In this document: positions 10,301 through 23,100 of the stretch, one piece after another
Position numbering within the stretch: the stretch's first letter is position 1
Layout: each line of letters begins with the position of its first letter
Source of the DNA: Eledone cirrhosa
Lineage: Eukaryota
DNA length: 64,000 nt
Reading direction: 5' to 3'
NCBI GenBank assembly: GCA_964016885.1
Contig: OZ024740.1
Location: 405,046,001 to 405,110,000, forward strand
Translations under genes and position numbers: made by a program
Notes under the pieces: generated by a model
Told to the model about the DNA's origin: nothing
Seen by the model: the letters and a program-made list of their open reading frames with translations, nothing else
Databases searched by the model: none

Positions 10301-12169
10301 CACACTTGTCATCAGAATCAATGTAGTGTTGTGTGTGTGTGCTACTCCTGCTGGCTATGGAAACTTTCGTAGAGGGTGTAGGCAAAATTCATCATCTTCT
10401 GGAAAAAAGCTGTTTCATACTAAAAGTGCACTCCTATGAGATTAACCTGTTTTAAACCATTTCTCTTCTGGCCAAAATAATGACAACCCAAATGATGAAG
10501 AACAAGTCAATATAACAACATCCCAAGCTTCTTTGGTTGTTTGGAACATCTGGAAGTTCTCACCAACTGATTCAGGAAGCTAAAAAGGTAAAATGCAACT
10601 CAACAATAGTCTGGCTCAACTTGAGTAACACATATAACTCCTACCACATCAAGACAGGACTGGATTAAGTTCTTGTGAGGCCCTAAGCACTTAAGATTAT
10701 GGTGTGTGCCTTCATCATAAAGTCTGTAAAAGGGTTTCTCTCAACAAATACATTTAATTTGAATAAAATAGTGCCCTTCTTTCCTTGTTGATCTAAGAAT
10801 GTGCTTATTTTATTTAACGGTTAATCCAACGATACTCCAAGGGAATAATTACCAGCTACTTTTGGAAATAGTCTTAAACCATAACTTGCATTCTTCAATC
10901 ACAGAACCTAGTAAAGGGTTTCATAATTGGTTGTGCTCATAACATACTGTACTATCTTCCTCATCTTGTTCATTGTGATGATGTAACCTGCTTATAACAG
11001 CAAGAAAGAAAGACTTTATGATTTATGTAACCATAGCAACAGCAAACTATGTATAGGCAAGACAGATCGTGAAGTCAATTGATGTGGCAGCATAGACAAA
11101 AAGAAGTCAAGAAGCTTGATCAGGAATTGGAAGGGCTAACAAGTTCCAAGTTTAAAATGTGACGTCATAAATAGAGGGGAATTCATTAAAATGCCAAAGA
11201 TGTAGCATGATTTTCTTACTGACGAATGTAGCTTATCTAAAGCAGAGAAAAGGGTTGAGAAAGATAGAGGGATCAAGCTTACCAGAACAATTTAAGGTCT
11301 GGCTCTTCCAACATGGTCTGCTACCAAAGCTTTTCTATTAAATTTCTATAACATTTGTGGAATGAGACAAGATGAGTGAACAAGCACCTCATTTGGTGGT
11401 TCAATATTCCACTAAACTTCATTGATAGGGTTACACATCACGTCTGGGAAGTTATAGCTACCCTTAACATCAGTAGTAAAAGAATTCAGTCGCAAAGTGC
11501 AGAGTTATGATATAGAAATTCCAGCAATAAAAAGATGCAAGCACCACCTTAAGATCAGAATGCTAACATCAGTCAGCTAACATCAATGACACGGTCATAA
11601 AGTTAAAGAAAATCATCAGGGAACTGATGAGACAAAAGCTCAAAATCACTGTTCCAAGAATAGTGGAAATCAAACCAATGGTAGAGAGAATAGAATAATC
11701 CAAATTGAAGTCTACCACCCAGAAAAGGGAAATTGAAGGTTAAGAACTTATGAAACTTGGACAGAATAGGACCTGCCGAAGCAGGAAATTATATAGCTTG
11801 AACTTTGAAGAGGGTGGAATGACTGTTTTTGTACTTTGTCACCTTCTGTGTTATTTTTCTTGGTCCTGTCCTACCTTGCAGCTACATAGACTGAGCTGTT
11901 GGTAGTTCCATCCTCTGGTCAATGATATATCACAGCACAGGTGAAAGGACTGGTTGGTTAGATACCTAACTGACATTCCCAGCTACTCAACCAAATATAC
12001 AAAATATTTTGCAATTTTAGTTTCTGTAGTGAAAATATTTAATTATTTAATTAGTCTTTGGAGTAACATTATTCGATAAAGTGCATAGTTCAGAGATCAG
12101 TCACTACTGGTAGTCGCTACTTCTCCGAATTGAGATCACGGCTCTGATACTATAGACATGTGGTAAGAA

Positions 12170-12370
12170 TCACTGGATAGATTTTATGGACGAAACCAAC
12201 AGGTAGGAGATCCAGGGATAGACCCTGGGCAAGATGGTTGGCTGGTCATGCTTGAGGATCCAGCTGGATCATTTGGAGATGGTTGCTTCTGACAGGACCC
12301 ACTGGAAGGAGTGTTTAAGGACTCTGCCCCTACGACCCTCTCAGGAATAAGTGGGCAAAGAAAAGATGCA
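12170..12370 (+). mobile_element. RTE-clade (Expander-like) LINE 3' remnant
   Basis: Translates PTGRRSRDRPWARW ... VASDRTHWKECLRTLPLRP, similar to the RTE C-terminal GRRPRGRP..RW / A.DR..W motifs. Confidence 0.6.
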
Positions 12371-13431
12371 ATCTTGTAATGATTTAACAGAAAATGTCTA
12401 AAAAAAATACGTTTCTTAATTCAAATGTTTACAGTGTCTTTATTAGTGGACAATAGTTATGAGTATCTGTAATATTAAAGACTTTTTAATGTAATGTAGT
12501 CATAGTACTATTCAGTACTTTTCAAGAATGTCTTGCTAATGCAGTTTCATGTGGTATAGGATCTTACATGTTAATAAATAGCTTCTACTTCAACACTGTA
12601 TTTTCATAAAGAGTAATTAATCCACAATGTAAGATGTTCTGGAACACACTGACCTGGTTGCTTTCACCATTGCTCCTATATATAACTAGAATATTGTTAA
12701 ATTGGTTGATTGAGATAGGTGGCAACATTATTTGCAATATCCCAGCAGAAAAAAAATATTTCCTTCAACTTGAAGCCATAGAGTTGTTTTTGATTACAAT
12801 GATGATTAAAAAAAATATATTTTGACTACTGTCATTCTACGTATTTCCTTGCTTGAATGGATTGAACAAGTTAGGGCCCTCCTAGAAAGGTTGGAAGACC
12901 ATACCTCATGTGAACATTCTATATCTTACATTACTTTTAGACTTTTGCATTAAAATCACCAAATAGATAGCGGGCCTAGAAGGAATTCTGTTGCTATTGG
13001 TAATTTGAAGTGGTGTATAGGAAGATTCTTCTAAACTAGTAAAGACCTCTTCAGAAAGAACCAGGAGGTCAGTCTCCTATTTGGGAAGCAGGAGATTTTG
13101 AGAGTTTTGCAATACACAAAAGGATTATTTGCTTTTCTGATATATTTTATCAACACTAGAGAAATGAAAGTGGGATTTTAATTCAGAAGATATTAAGATA
13201 AGACTGAATAGTTTAAGGTACATGGTAAAAGTGCTAAAATGACTATCTATACTGTCATATAAGTAATTCACATTTAATAGTTAGCAATATGTTTTATTTG
13301 ATGTTACATTAGAGAGAATATGGAAGGAGGAGGCTGTCAACAGCATATACTGATTGAGTAGGTGTCAGTGGAAATAAACAGAAAATGAGTGGAGTATGAG
13401 GTCTTTCCATTGGCTTGAGTGACAAGGAAAG

Positions 13432-14010
13432 AGTGATTGAGAGTTAGAGAATTAAAACAAAAGTGGGTTTCCATAAGAAATGTAACAAGTCAGATTAGTT
13501 GCTATCATTGACAGATGTAGTGTAATTTGATTCAAACAGGATATATACATACATGGAGGCACATGGCTTAGTGGTTAGAGGATTGGCCTTGCAATCGAAA
13601 GGTTGTGAGTTCAATTCTCAGACCGGGTGATGTGTTGTTTCCTTAAGCAAGACACTTTATTTCACATTGCTCCAGTTTACTCAGCTGTAGAAATGAGATG
13701 ATAGGGACTGGGGTCCCTATCATTCCACTGCAAAGTGGTCGTGGAGGTGCCACAGCAAAAAAGCATCTAGCACTCACTGTAAATGAGGTTGGTGTTAGGA
13801 AGGGCATCCAGCTGTAGAAATCAAGCCAGAATCAGTTCCCGTCCCACCCTTGCAAGCAGGGAAAAGTGGACATAAAATGAAATTATGAGTGTGTGTGTGT
13901 TTGATTGAATCAAATTACACTACATCTGTCAACAATACTGACTAATCTGACTGTTACACTTCTTATGACAGCCCACACTCTTTAATTCTCTAACTCTATT
14001 CTCAGTCACT
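13432..14010. repeat. ~105-bp inverted repeat arms (13432-13535 / 13906-14010) enclosing a SINE
   Basis: gagttagagaattaaa...cataagaa.tgtaaca.gtcagattagt...ttgacagatgtagtgtaatttgattcaa is mirrored by ttgaatcaaattacactacatctgtcaa...actaatctgactgttaca...tttaattctctaactc. Confidence 0.85.
13555..13900 (+). mobile_element. Near full-length tRNA-derived CORE-type SINE with RTE-LINE-derived 3' tail
   Basis: A-box tggcttagtgg (13564), B-box gttcaattc (13609) and CORE-like ccttaagcaagacactt...ttgctccagtttactcagctgtagaaatg. The tail at 13726-13880 matches the reverse complement of the LINE 3' region. Confidence 0.88.
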
Positions 14011-14847
14011 ATTATCATTGCTATAGAGCAGGAATCCCCAACCTGTGGTACCTGGGCCACATGCAGTCCTTAAGGTTGTTCAGTATGGTCCTCAGAACAA
14101 GATAAGAATTATGCTCTTATCCAGCAGATTGCACGTAGCCAGCAACTGCATGACAGGAATTTTTGCTATGTTTCAAATATTTTTGCAAATTTTTATATAA
14201 ATTCAAACTACTTTGCAAAGTAATAGTAGTAATAGTAGTGGTGGTAGTAGTTGCAGTAGGCTATATTATAAAAAGGAAACCTGCTTCTCTCTCTTGGTCT
14301 GTCTGTCACACTTCATATGTAAATGTGTCTGTATTCTTTGTGTGTGGAAACAAAACTTGAAAAAGTGTGTGTTTGTGTGTCCTTCAGCATATAGATAATG
14401 CGACAAACTTCTAAAGACTTAGTCCACTTTTTCATGATGACAGTCTTCAACAGTATGGATAATTCTAATATGGGAAGGGGGGTCATCTACATTTGAAATG
14501 TTAATGAGCTCCTTCCATGCAAAAAGGTTGGCGGGAGGGGAAGCTCTGCTATAGTGTAAAGGATTACAATTTCTGTAGAAGCATTTTTCATTTGATTAAT
14601 CAATTCTGTTGTATGTTGAAATATGACATTGCTAGTGATATGAGCTGAAGGAATGAAAAAAGGTAGAAAATTAAATGAAGGGAATACAAGTTGGATACAT
14701 TTTTTTACTGATCAACATTTGAGAAAATTTGCTATAGTGTCCGAGATCTTTTATCCATTAAAAGTAATTAAATCATTATGAATCTCAAGTATTAACTTAT
14801 TTGATATGAAACTACCTGAATCTGTTCCTCGTTCTGATAAAAAGCTG

Positions 14848-14933
14848 TGACTTTTTTTGACCAATGGGATGAAATCTTTTTCACCAATGGGATTCAAGCA
14901 CTGAAGTATCGATGGATGAAGTGTATTAACCTC
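14848..14933 (+). mobile_element. Mariner transposase C-terminal remnant
   Basis: Translates FDQWDEIFFTNGIQALKYRWMKCINL, matching the mariner GIxxLxxRWxKC motif. Confidence 0.65.
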
Positions 14934-15259
14934 ATAAAGCACATTTAGTCACATTTCAAGAGAGTATCTTGGTCAGCCTATGAACTCTTCAGTCGACTCT
15001 CACATATTCCAATTGCTGTTCTTCCTTGCCATTCCTAACACCAGCCACTCAAGTCTACTGAATGCATTTTACCATAACACCAACAGCAGAAAAGTTCTCA
15101 GATCATCAAGATTAAAAAGCTTTAGTGAGCTGGTCCCAGGGTTACTTACTCCAGTAAGTACCACTGGATCCCATCTACTAAATTAATAGAAATAAGAGAT
15201 AGAAGAATTTTCATACAATTTCATTTCGTGTGAGAATTATCTCACTACATTTGAAGTAA

Positions 15260-15525
15260 TGATTGAAGCATAAGTTTCTCAAGACGAGTATCAAAATAAC
15301 TTGCATTTATTGTAGTCCATTTTACAAATGTGGTAAACAAATGTGCCTCGTGGCACATCAAGGTATAGTCCTGAACCATAAGATATGGTTGAAAAAGGTT
15401 TAGCATGCTTGCGCTCGATGCGACCACTTCAAGGGCCGATCGCCAAAAAAAAAAAATGAATTTCAGTTCCATCTTTTATAATCCTTTGAACGGAAGTTCA
15501 AAGAAGGTTCTAGAATTTCAACAGG
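15260..15525 (-). mobile_element. Mariner-like transposase remnant (degraded)
   Basis: Minus ORF includes TTINASYFDTRLEKL, resembling the mariner TIN..YY...L..L segment. Boundaries are approximate. Confidence 0.4.
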
Positions 15526-15748
15526 AAGTAACTCTAGCTACTTCCCTTGTCTAGAGAGCGCTACAAAGCTATCTTTACTCTAGCCATGATCATCCTCATA
15601 TATTTTAGAGGTTTGTAGGGTATTGTCTAATGAGGCTTTGCTCTATTTAAGAAGGTAGGATGTAGTTTAAGATACATTTTACCTTTATTTCTGTCAGCAC
15701 AACTGACAATAAAGAGACTCTCATTGGCTCACTATGATACTCACAGTC

Positions 15749-15944
15749 TTAACACTTTTGATACCAACCCACCCACTCAAAACCATCTATTAAGAAGAGT
15801 CTTAGATAAATTGAAATCTAACATAATTATATATAAAAACCTTTATTTTACCACCATAATTAAAATAATTTTATTAAATTCCTTCAAATTCTTTTTTAAT
15901 TGAAATAGTGTATTTTATGAGAAATATGGTAATGAACTGGTTAA
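15749..15944. mobile_element. piggyBac-type MITE related to 3005-3208
   Basis: Ends are TTAAcacttttgatacca ... gtaatgaactggTTAA, the reverse-orientation counterpart of the ends of 3005-3208. Confidence 0.55.
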
Positions 15945-16810
15945 CTGCTGATCTATATATTGCTCCTTAGACAAAATAAATGTTACCATATTTGTTTGTC
16001 TAAAGAAAAAGTTAATTGCAGTTCAAAGCATTGTACTCAGAACAACATCATACAAATTGTATTTAATCCTATTTCTTTGTGATTTAGTTTCATTGTTTAG
16101 GAAATGTTACTATAAAGGGATCTCACTAAATCAATAATTGCTACGGTTTAGATATATCTATGTGATGGTTTCTCTACAGCGTCATTTCCTTTTTAAATTT
16201 CCTAATACTTTTAACAACCCAACATACATTTTTATTATTTTGTTTTGCTTAATTATATTATCTTATGTCATTACATTCCCATGGAAACTCAAGTGTTCAC
16301 AATCATAATGTAATATCTTTAATACTCAAATATTCTCTGCTTTTGAATCTTGTCTCGTCTTTATATTAAACAGTCATTATATGATTCCATTTCTTTATTG
16401 TTTTGCAAATCTTTGTTGTATTTCTAATAATTCTAATAATTACAAGACATTTATATAACTATATCTGTCTATTTAATCTCTCTCTCAAAGAAATTACTAT
16501 TGATATCAATTCTTATTCTTCTATTAAGTATATGATATAGGTTTTAAGTTCAGATCTACTATGTATTTGTGAAGGTCATTTAATTCTACAGGCCACAAGT
16601 CTTCTTATTTCATCTAAGGGAACATTTATACTTTAGCTTCTCATAAATCTGTTCATGACACTAGAGCTATAAATAAGTGCTGGATACTTTTACACAAAAA
16701 CCAAGGCTAATAAAAAACATTTAATGCTACCTTAATTATAAGACATCCTGTATTGAAGCATTTGTTTTTTAAAATATAAATAGTAATCAGTGGTGATTTC
16801 TTACCTGTTA

Positions 16811-16851
16811 GTATCATGTGAACATATGTATCACGTGAACATATGTATCAC
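16811..16851. repeat. 17-bp tandem duplication (2.4 copies)
   Basis: gtatcatgtgaacatat gtatcacgtgaacatat gtatcac. Confidence 0.85.
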
Positions 16852-17181
16852 CTTTCTATGTGACTTTATGCTTCTTACCTCTCCAGTGGTAATTTCACAT
16901 AAAAATGTTCCACATTAGTCCCACACCTTGCACTACAGTTGTCTGAATGTATTAAGTTCTATTATGTCATCTTTGGAATTGAACGTTATATGTTCACTAT
17001 AATACAGTAAATACTTTAACAGTTCTAATTACAACATAAACATTTTTGTCAAAGCTAGCAAGAAAATTTGGGCATAAAAATTCTTGTTTTATAGATTGCA
17101 AGTTAGCACAATTTATAGTTGTAGTCAGTTTCCATTAGTCAGCTTTTTATTATAATTTCGTTCAGTAAAATTAAGGTATTT

Positions 17182-20100
17182 AGTTGATGATAATGAGGTT
17201 GAGTTCAATTTCCAGTAACATGTGGTCATTGATCAAGATTATTTTACCTTGCTCCAGTCCACTCAGTTGATGATAATGAGGTTGAGTTCAATTTCCAGTA
17301 ACATGTTGTCATTGAACAAGAATATTTTACCTTGCTCTAGTCTACTCAGTTGATGATAATGAGGTTGAGTTCAGTTTCCAGTAACATGTTGTCATTGATC
17401 AAGATTCTTTATTTTAACTTGCTCCAGTCCACTCAGTTGATGATAATGAGGTTGAGTTCAGTTTCCAGTAACATGTTGTCATTGAACAAGATTATTTTAC
17501 CTTGCTCCAGTCCACTCAGTTGATGATAATGAGGTTGAGTTCAGTTTCCAGTAACATGTTGTCATTGATCAAGATTATTTTACCTTGCTCTAGTCTACTC
17601 AGTTGATGATAATGAGGTTGAGTTCAGTTTCCAGTAACATGTTGTCATTGAACAAGATTATTTTACCTTGCTCCAGTCCACTCAGTTGATGATAATGAGG
17701 TTGAGTTCAGTTTCCAGTAACATGTGGTCATTGATCAAGATTATTTTACCTTGCTCCAGTCCACTCAGTTGATGATAATGAGGTTGAGTTCAGTTTCCAG
17801 TAACATGTTGTCATTGATCAAGATTATTTTACCTTGCTCTAGTCTACTCAGTTGATGATAATGAGGTTGAGTTCAGTTTCCAGTAACATGTTGTCATTGA
17901 TCAAGATTATTTTACCTTGCTCCAGTCCACTCAGTTGATGATAATGAGGTTGAGTTCAGTTTCCAGTAACATGTTGTCCTTGATCAAGACACTTTATTTT
18001 ACCTTGCTCCAGTCCACTCAGTTGATGATAGTGAGGTTGAGTTCAGTTTCCATTAACATGTTGTCATTGTTCAAGATTATTTTACCTTGCTCCAGTCCAC
18101 TCAGTTGATGATAATGAGGTTGAGTTCAGTTTCCAGTAACATGTTGTCCTTGAGCAAGATACTTTATTTTACCTTGCTCCAGTCCACTCAGTTGATGATA
18201 ATGAGGTTGAGTTCAGTTTCCAGTAACATGTTGTCATTGATCAAGATTCTTTATTTACCTTGCTCCAGTCCACTCAGTTGATGATAATGATGTTGAGTTC
18301 AGTTTCCAGTAACATGTTGTCATTGAGCAAGACACTTTAGCTTGCTCCAGTCCACTCAGTTGATGATAATGAGGTTGAGTTCAGTTTCCAGTAACATGTT
18401 GTCATTGATCAAGATTATTTTACCTTGCTCCAGTGCACTCAGTTGATGATAATGATGTTGAGTTCAGTTTCCAGTAACATGTTGTCCTTGAGCAAGATAC
18501 TTTATTTTACCTTGCTCCAGTCCACTCAGTTGATGATAATGAGGTGAGTTCAGTTTCCAGTAACTTGTCATTGATCAACATTATTTTACCTTGCTCCAGT
18601 CCACTCAGTTGATGATAATGAGGTTGAGTTCAGTGTCCAGTAACATGTTGTCATTGATCAAGATTCTTTATTTTACCTTGCTCCAGTCCACTCAGTTGAT
18701 GATAGTGAGGTTGAGTTCAGTTTCCAGTAACATGTTGTCATTGAGCAAGTCACTTTACCTTGCTCCAGTCCACTCAGTTGATGATAATGAGGTTGAGTTC
18801 AGTTTCCAGTAACATGTTGTCATTGATCAAGACACTTTATTTTACCTTGCTCCAGTCCACTCAGTTGATGATAGTGAGGTTGAGTTCAGTTTCCAGTAAC
18901 ATGTTGTCATTGAACAAGATTATTTTACCTTGCTCCAGTCCACTCAGTTGATGATAATGAGGTTGAGTTCAGTTTCCAGTAACATGTGGTCATTGATCAA
19001 GATTATTTTACCTTGCTCCAGTCCACTCAGTTGATGATAATGAGGTTGAGTTCAGTTTCCAGTAACATGTTGTCATTGATCAAGACACTTTATTTTACCT
19101 TGCTCCAGTCCACTCAGTTGATGATAGTGAGGTTGAGTTCAGTTTCCAGTAACATGTTGTCATTGAACAAGATTATTTTACCTTGCTCCAGTCCACTCAG
19201 TTGATGATAATGAAGTTGAGTTCAGTTTCCAGTAACATGTTGTCATTGATCAAGATTATTTTACCTTGCTCTAGTCTACTCAGTTGATGATAATGAGGTT
19301 GAGTTCAGTTTCCAGTAACATGTTGTCATTGAACAAGATTATTTTACCTTGCTCCAGTCCACTCAGTTGATGATAATGAGGTTGAGTTCAGTTTCCAGTA
19401 ACATGTGGTCATTGATCAAGATTATTTTACCTTGCTCCAGTCCACTCAGTTGATGATAATGAGGTTGAGTTCAGTTTCCAGTAACATGTTGTCATTGATC
19501 AAGATTATTTTACCTTGCTCTAGTCTACTCAGTTGATGATAATGAGGTTGAGTTCAGTTTCCAGTAACATGTTGTCATTGATCAAGATTATTTTACCTTG
19601 CTCCAGTCCACTCAGTTGATGATAATGAGGTTGAGTTCAGTTTCCAGTAACATGTTGTCCTTGATCAAGACACTTTATTTTACCTTGCTCCAGTCCACTC
19701 AGTTGATGATAGTGAGGTTGAGTTCAGTTTCCATTAACATGTTGTCATTGTTCAAGATTATTTTACCTTGCTCCAGTCCACTCAGTTGATGATAATGAGG
19801 TTGAGTTCAGTTTCCAGTAACATGTTGTCCTTGAGCAAGATACTTTATTTTACCTTGCTCCAGTCCACTCAGTTGATGATAATGAGGTTGAGTTCAGTTT
19901 CCAGTAACATGTTGTCATTGATCAAGATTCTTTATTTACCTTGCTCCAGTCCACTCAGTTGATGATAATGATGTTGAGTTCAGTTTCCAGTAACATGTTG
20001 TCATTGAGCAAGACACTTTAGCTTGCTCCAGTCCACTCAGTTGATGATAATGAGGTTGAGTTCAGTTTCCAGTAACATGTTGTCATTGATCAAGATTATT

Positions 20101-23100
20101 TTACCTTGCTCCAGTGCACTCAGTTGATGATAATGATGTTGAGTTCAGTTTCCAGTAACATGTTGTCCTTGAGCAAGATACTTTATTTTACCTTGCTCCA
20201 GTCCACTCAGTTGATGATAATGAGGTGAGTTCAGTTTCCAGTAACTTGTCATTGATCAACATTATTTTACCTTGCTCCAGTCCACTCAGTTGATGATAAT
20301 GAGGTTGAGTTCAGTGTCCAGTAACATGTTGTCATTGATCAAGATTCTTTATTTTACCTTGCTCCAGTCCACTCAGTTGATGATAGTGAGGTTGAGTTCA
20401 GTTTCCAGTAACATGTTGTCATTGAGCAAGTCACTTTACCTTGCTCCAGTCCACTCAGTTGATGATAATGAGGTTGAGTTCAGTTTCCAGTAACATGTTG
20501 TCATTGATCAAGACACTTTATTTTACCTTGCTCCAGTCCACTCAGTTGATGATAGTGAGGTTGAGTTCAGTTTCCAGTAACATGTTATCCTTGAGCACGA
20601 CACTTTATTTTACCTTGCTCCAGTCCACCCAGTTGATGATAATGAGGTTGAGTTCAGTTTCCAGTAACATGTTGTCATTGATCAAGATTATTTTACCTTG
20701 CCCCAGTCCACTCACTGGAAACTGAACTCAACCTCATTATCATCAACTAACATGTTGTCATTGATCAAGATTTTTTTACCTTGCTCCAGTCCACTCAGTT
20801 GATGATAATGAGGTTGAGTTCAGTTTCCAGTAACATGTTGTCATTGATCAAGATTAGTTTACGTTGCTCCAGTCCATTCAGTTGATGATAATGAGGTTGA
20901 TTTCAGTTTCCAGTAACATGTTGTCCTTGAGCAAGAAACTTTATTTTACCTTGCTCCAGTCCACTCAGTTGATGATAATGAGGTTGATTTCAGTTTCCAG
21001 TAACATGTTGTCCTTGAGCAAGACGCTTTATTTACCTTGCTCCAGTCCACTCAGGTGATGATAATGAGGTTGAGTTCAGTTACAAGTAACATGTCATTGA
21101 TCAAGATTATTTTACCTTGCTCCATTCCACTCAGTTGATGATAATGAGGTTGAGTTCAGTTTCCAGGAACATGTTGTCATTGATCAACATTATTTTACCT
21201 TGCCCCAGTCCACTCAGTTGATGATAATGAGGTTGAGTTCAGTTTCCAGTAACATGTTGTCATTGTTCAAGATTATTTTACCTTGCTCCAGTCCACTCAG
21301 TTGATGATAATGAGGTTGAGTTCAGTTTCCAGTAACATGTTGTCCTTGAGCAAGATACTTTATTTTATCTTGCTCCAGTCCACTCAGTTGATGATAATGA
21401 GGTTGAGTTCAGTTTCCAGTAACTTGTCATTGATCAACATTATTTTACCTTGCTCCAGTCCACTCATCTGATGATAATGAGGTTGAGTTCAGTTTCCAGT
21501 AACATGTTGTCATTGATCAAGATTCTTTATTTACCTTGCTCCAGTCCACTCAGTTGATGATAATGAGGTTGAGTTCAGTTTCCAGTAACATGTTGTCATT
21601 GAGCAAGATACTTTACCTTGCTCCAGTCCACTCAGTTGATGATAATGAGGTTGAGTTCAGTTTCCAGTAACATGTTGTCATTGATCAAGATTCTTTATTT
21701 ACCTTGCTCCAGTCCACTCAGTTGATGATAATGAGGTTGAGTTCAGTTTCCAGTAACATGTTGTCCTTGATCAAGACACTTTATTTTACCTTGCTCCAGT
21801 CCACTCAGTTGATGATAGTGAGGTTGAGTTCAGTTTCCATTAACATGTTGTCATTGTTCAAGATTATTTTACCTTGCTCCAGTCCACTCAGTTGATGATA
21901 ATGAGGTTGAGTTCAGTTTCCAGTAACATGTTGTCCTTGAGCAAGATACTTTATTTTACCTTGCTCCAGTCCACTCAGTTGATGATAATGAGGTTGAGTT
22001 CAGTTTCCAGTAACATGTTGTCATTGATCAAGATTCTTTATTTACCTTGCTCCAGTCCACTCAGTTGATGATAATGATGTTGAGTTCAGTTTCCAGTAAC
22101 ATGTTGTCATTGAGCAAGACACTTTAGCTTGCTCCAGTCCACTCAGTTGATGATAATGAGGTTGAGTTCAGTTTCCAGTAACATGTTGTCATTGATCAAG
22201 ATTATTTTACCTTGCTCCAGTGCACTCAGTTGATGATAATGATGTTGAGTTCAGTTTCCAGTAACATGTTGTCCTTGAGCAAGATACTTTATTTTACCTT
22301 GCTCCAGTCCACTCAGTTGATGATAATGAGGTGAGTTCAGTTTCCAGTAACTTGTCATTGATCAACATTATTTTACCTTGCTCCAGTCCACTCAGTTGAT
22401 GATAATGAGGTTGAGTTCAGTGTCCAGTAACATGTTGTCATTGATCAAGATTCTTTATTTTACCTTGCTCCAGTCCACTCAGTTGATGATAGTGAGGTTG
22501 AGTTCAGTTTCCAGTAACATGTTGTCATTGAGCAAGTCACTTTACCTTGCTCCAGTCCACTCAGTTGATGATAATGAGGTTGAGTTCAGTTTCCAGTAAC
22601 ATGTTGTCATTGATCAAGACACTTTATTTTACCTTGCTCCAGTCCACTCAGTTGATGATAGTGAGGTTGAGTTCAGTTTCCAGTAACATGTTATCCTTGA
22701 GCACGACACTTTATTTTACCTTGCTCCAGTCCACCCAGTTGATGATAATGAGGTTGAGTTCAGTTTCCAGTAACATGTTGTCATTGATCAAGATTATTTT
22801 ACCTTGCCCCAGTCCACTCACTGGAAACTGAACTCAACCTCATTATCATCAACTAACATGTTGTCATTGATCAAGATTTTTTTACCTTGCTCCAGTCCAC
22901 TCAGTTGATGATAATGAGGTTGAGTTCAGTTTCCAGTAACATGTTGTCATTGATCAAGATTAGTTTACGTTGCTCCAGTCCATTCAGTTGATGATAATGA
23001 GGTTGATTTCAGTTTCCAGTAACATGTTGTCCTTGAGCAAGAAACTTTATTTTACCTTGCTCCAGTCCACTCAGTTGATGATAATGAGGTTGATTTCAGT

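Noticed and set aside
13555-13630. tRNA gene
   Set aside because: A- and B-boxes are present, but there is no convincing acceptor stem and the sequence continues into CORE and a LINE tail, so it is a SINE head.
14029-14160. Possible hAT-type terminus caggaatccccaacc
   Set aside because: No matching opposite TIR or 8-bp TSD could be identified.
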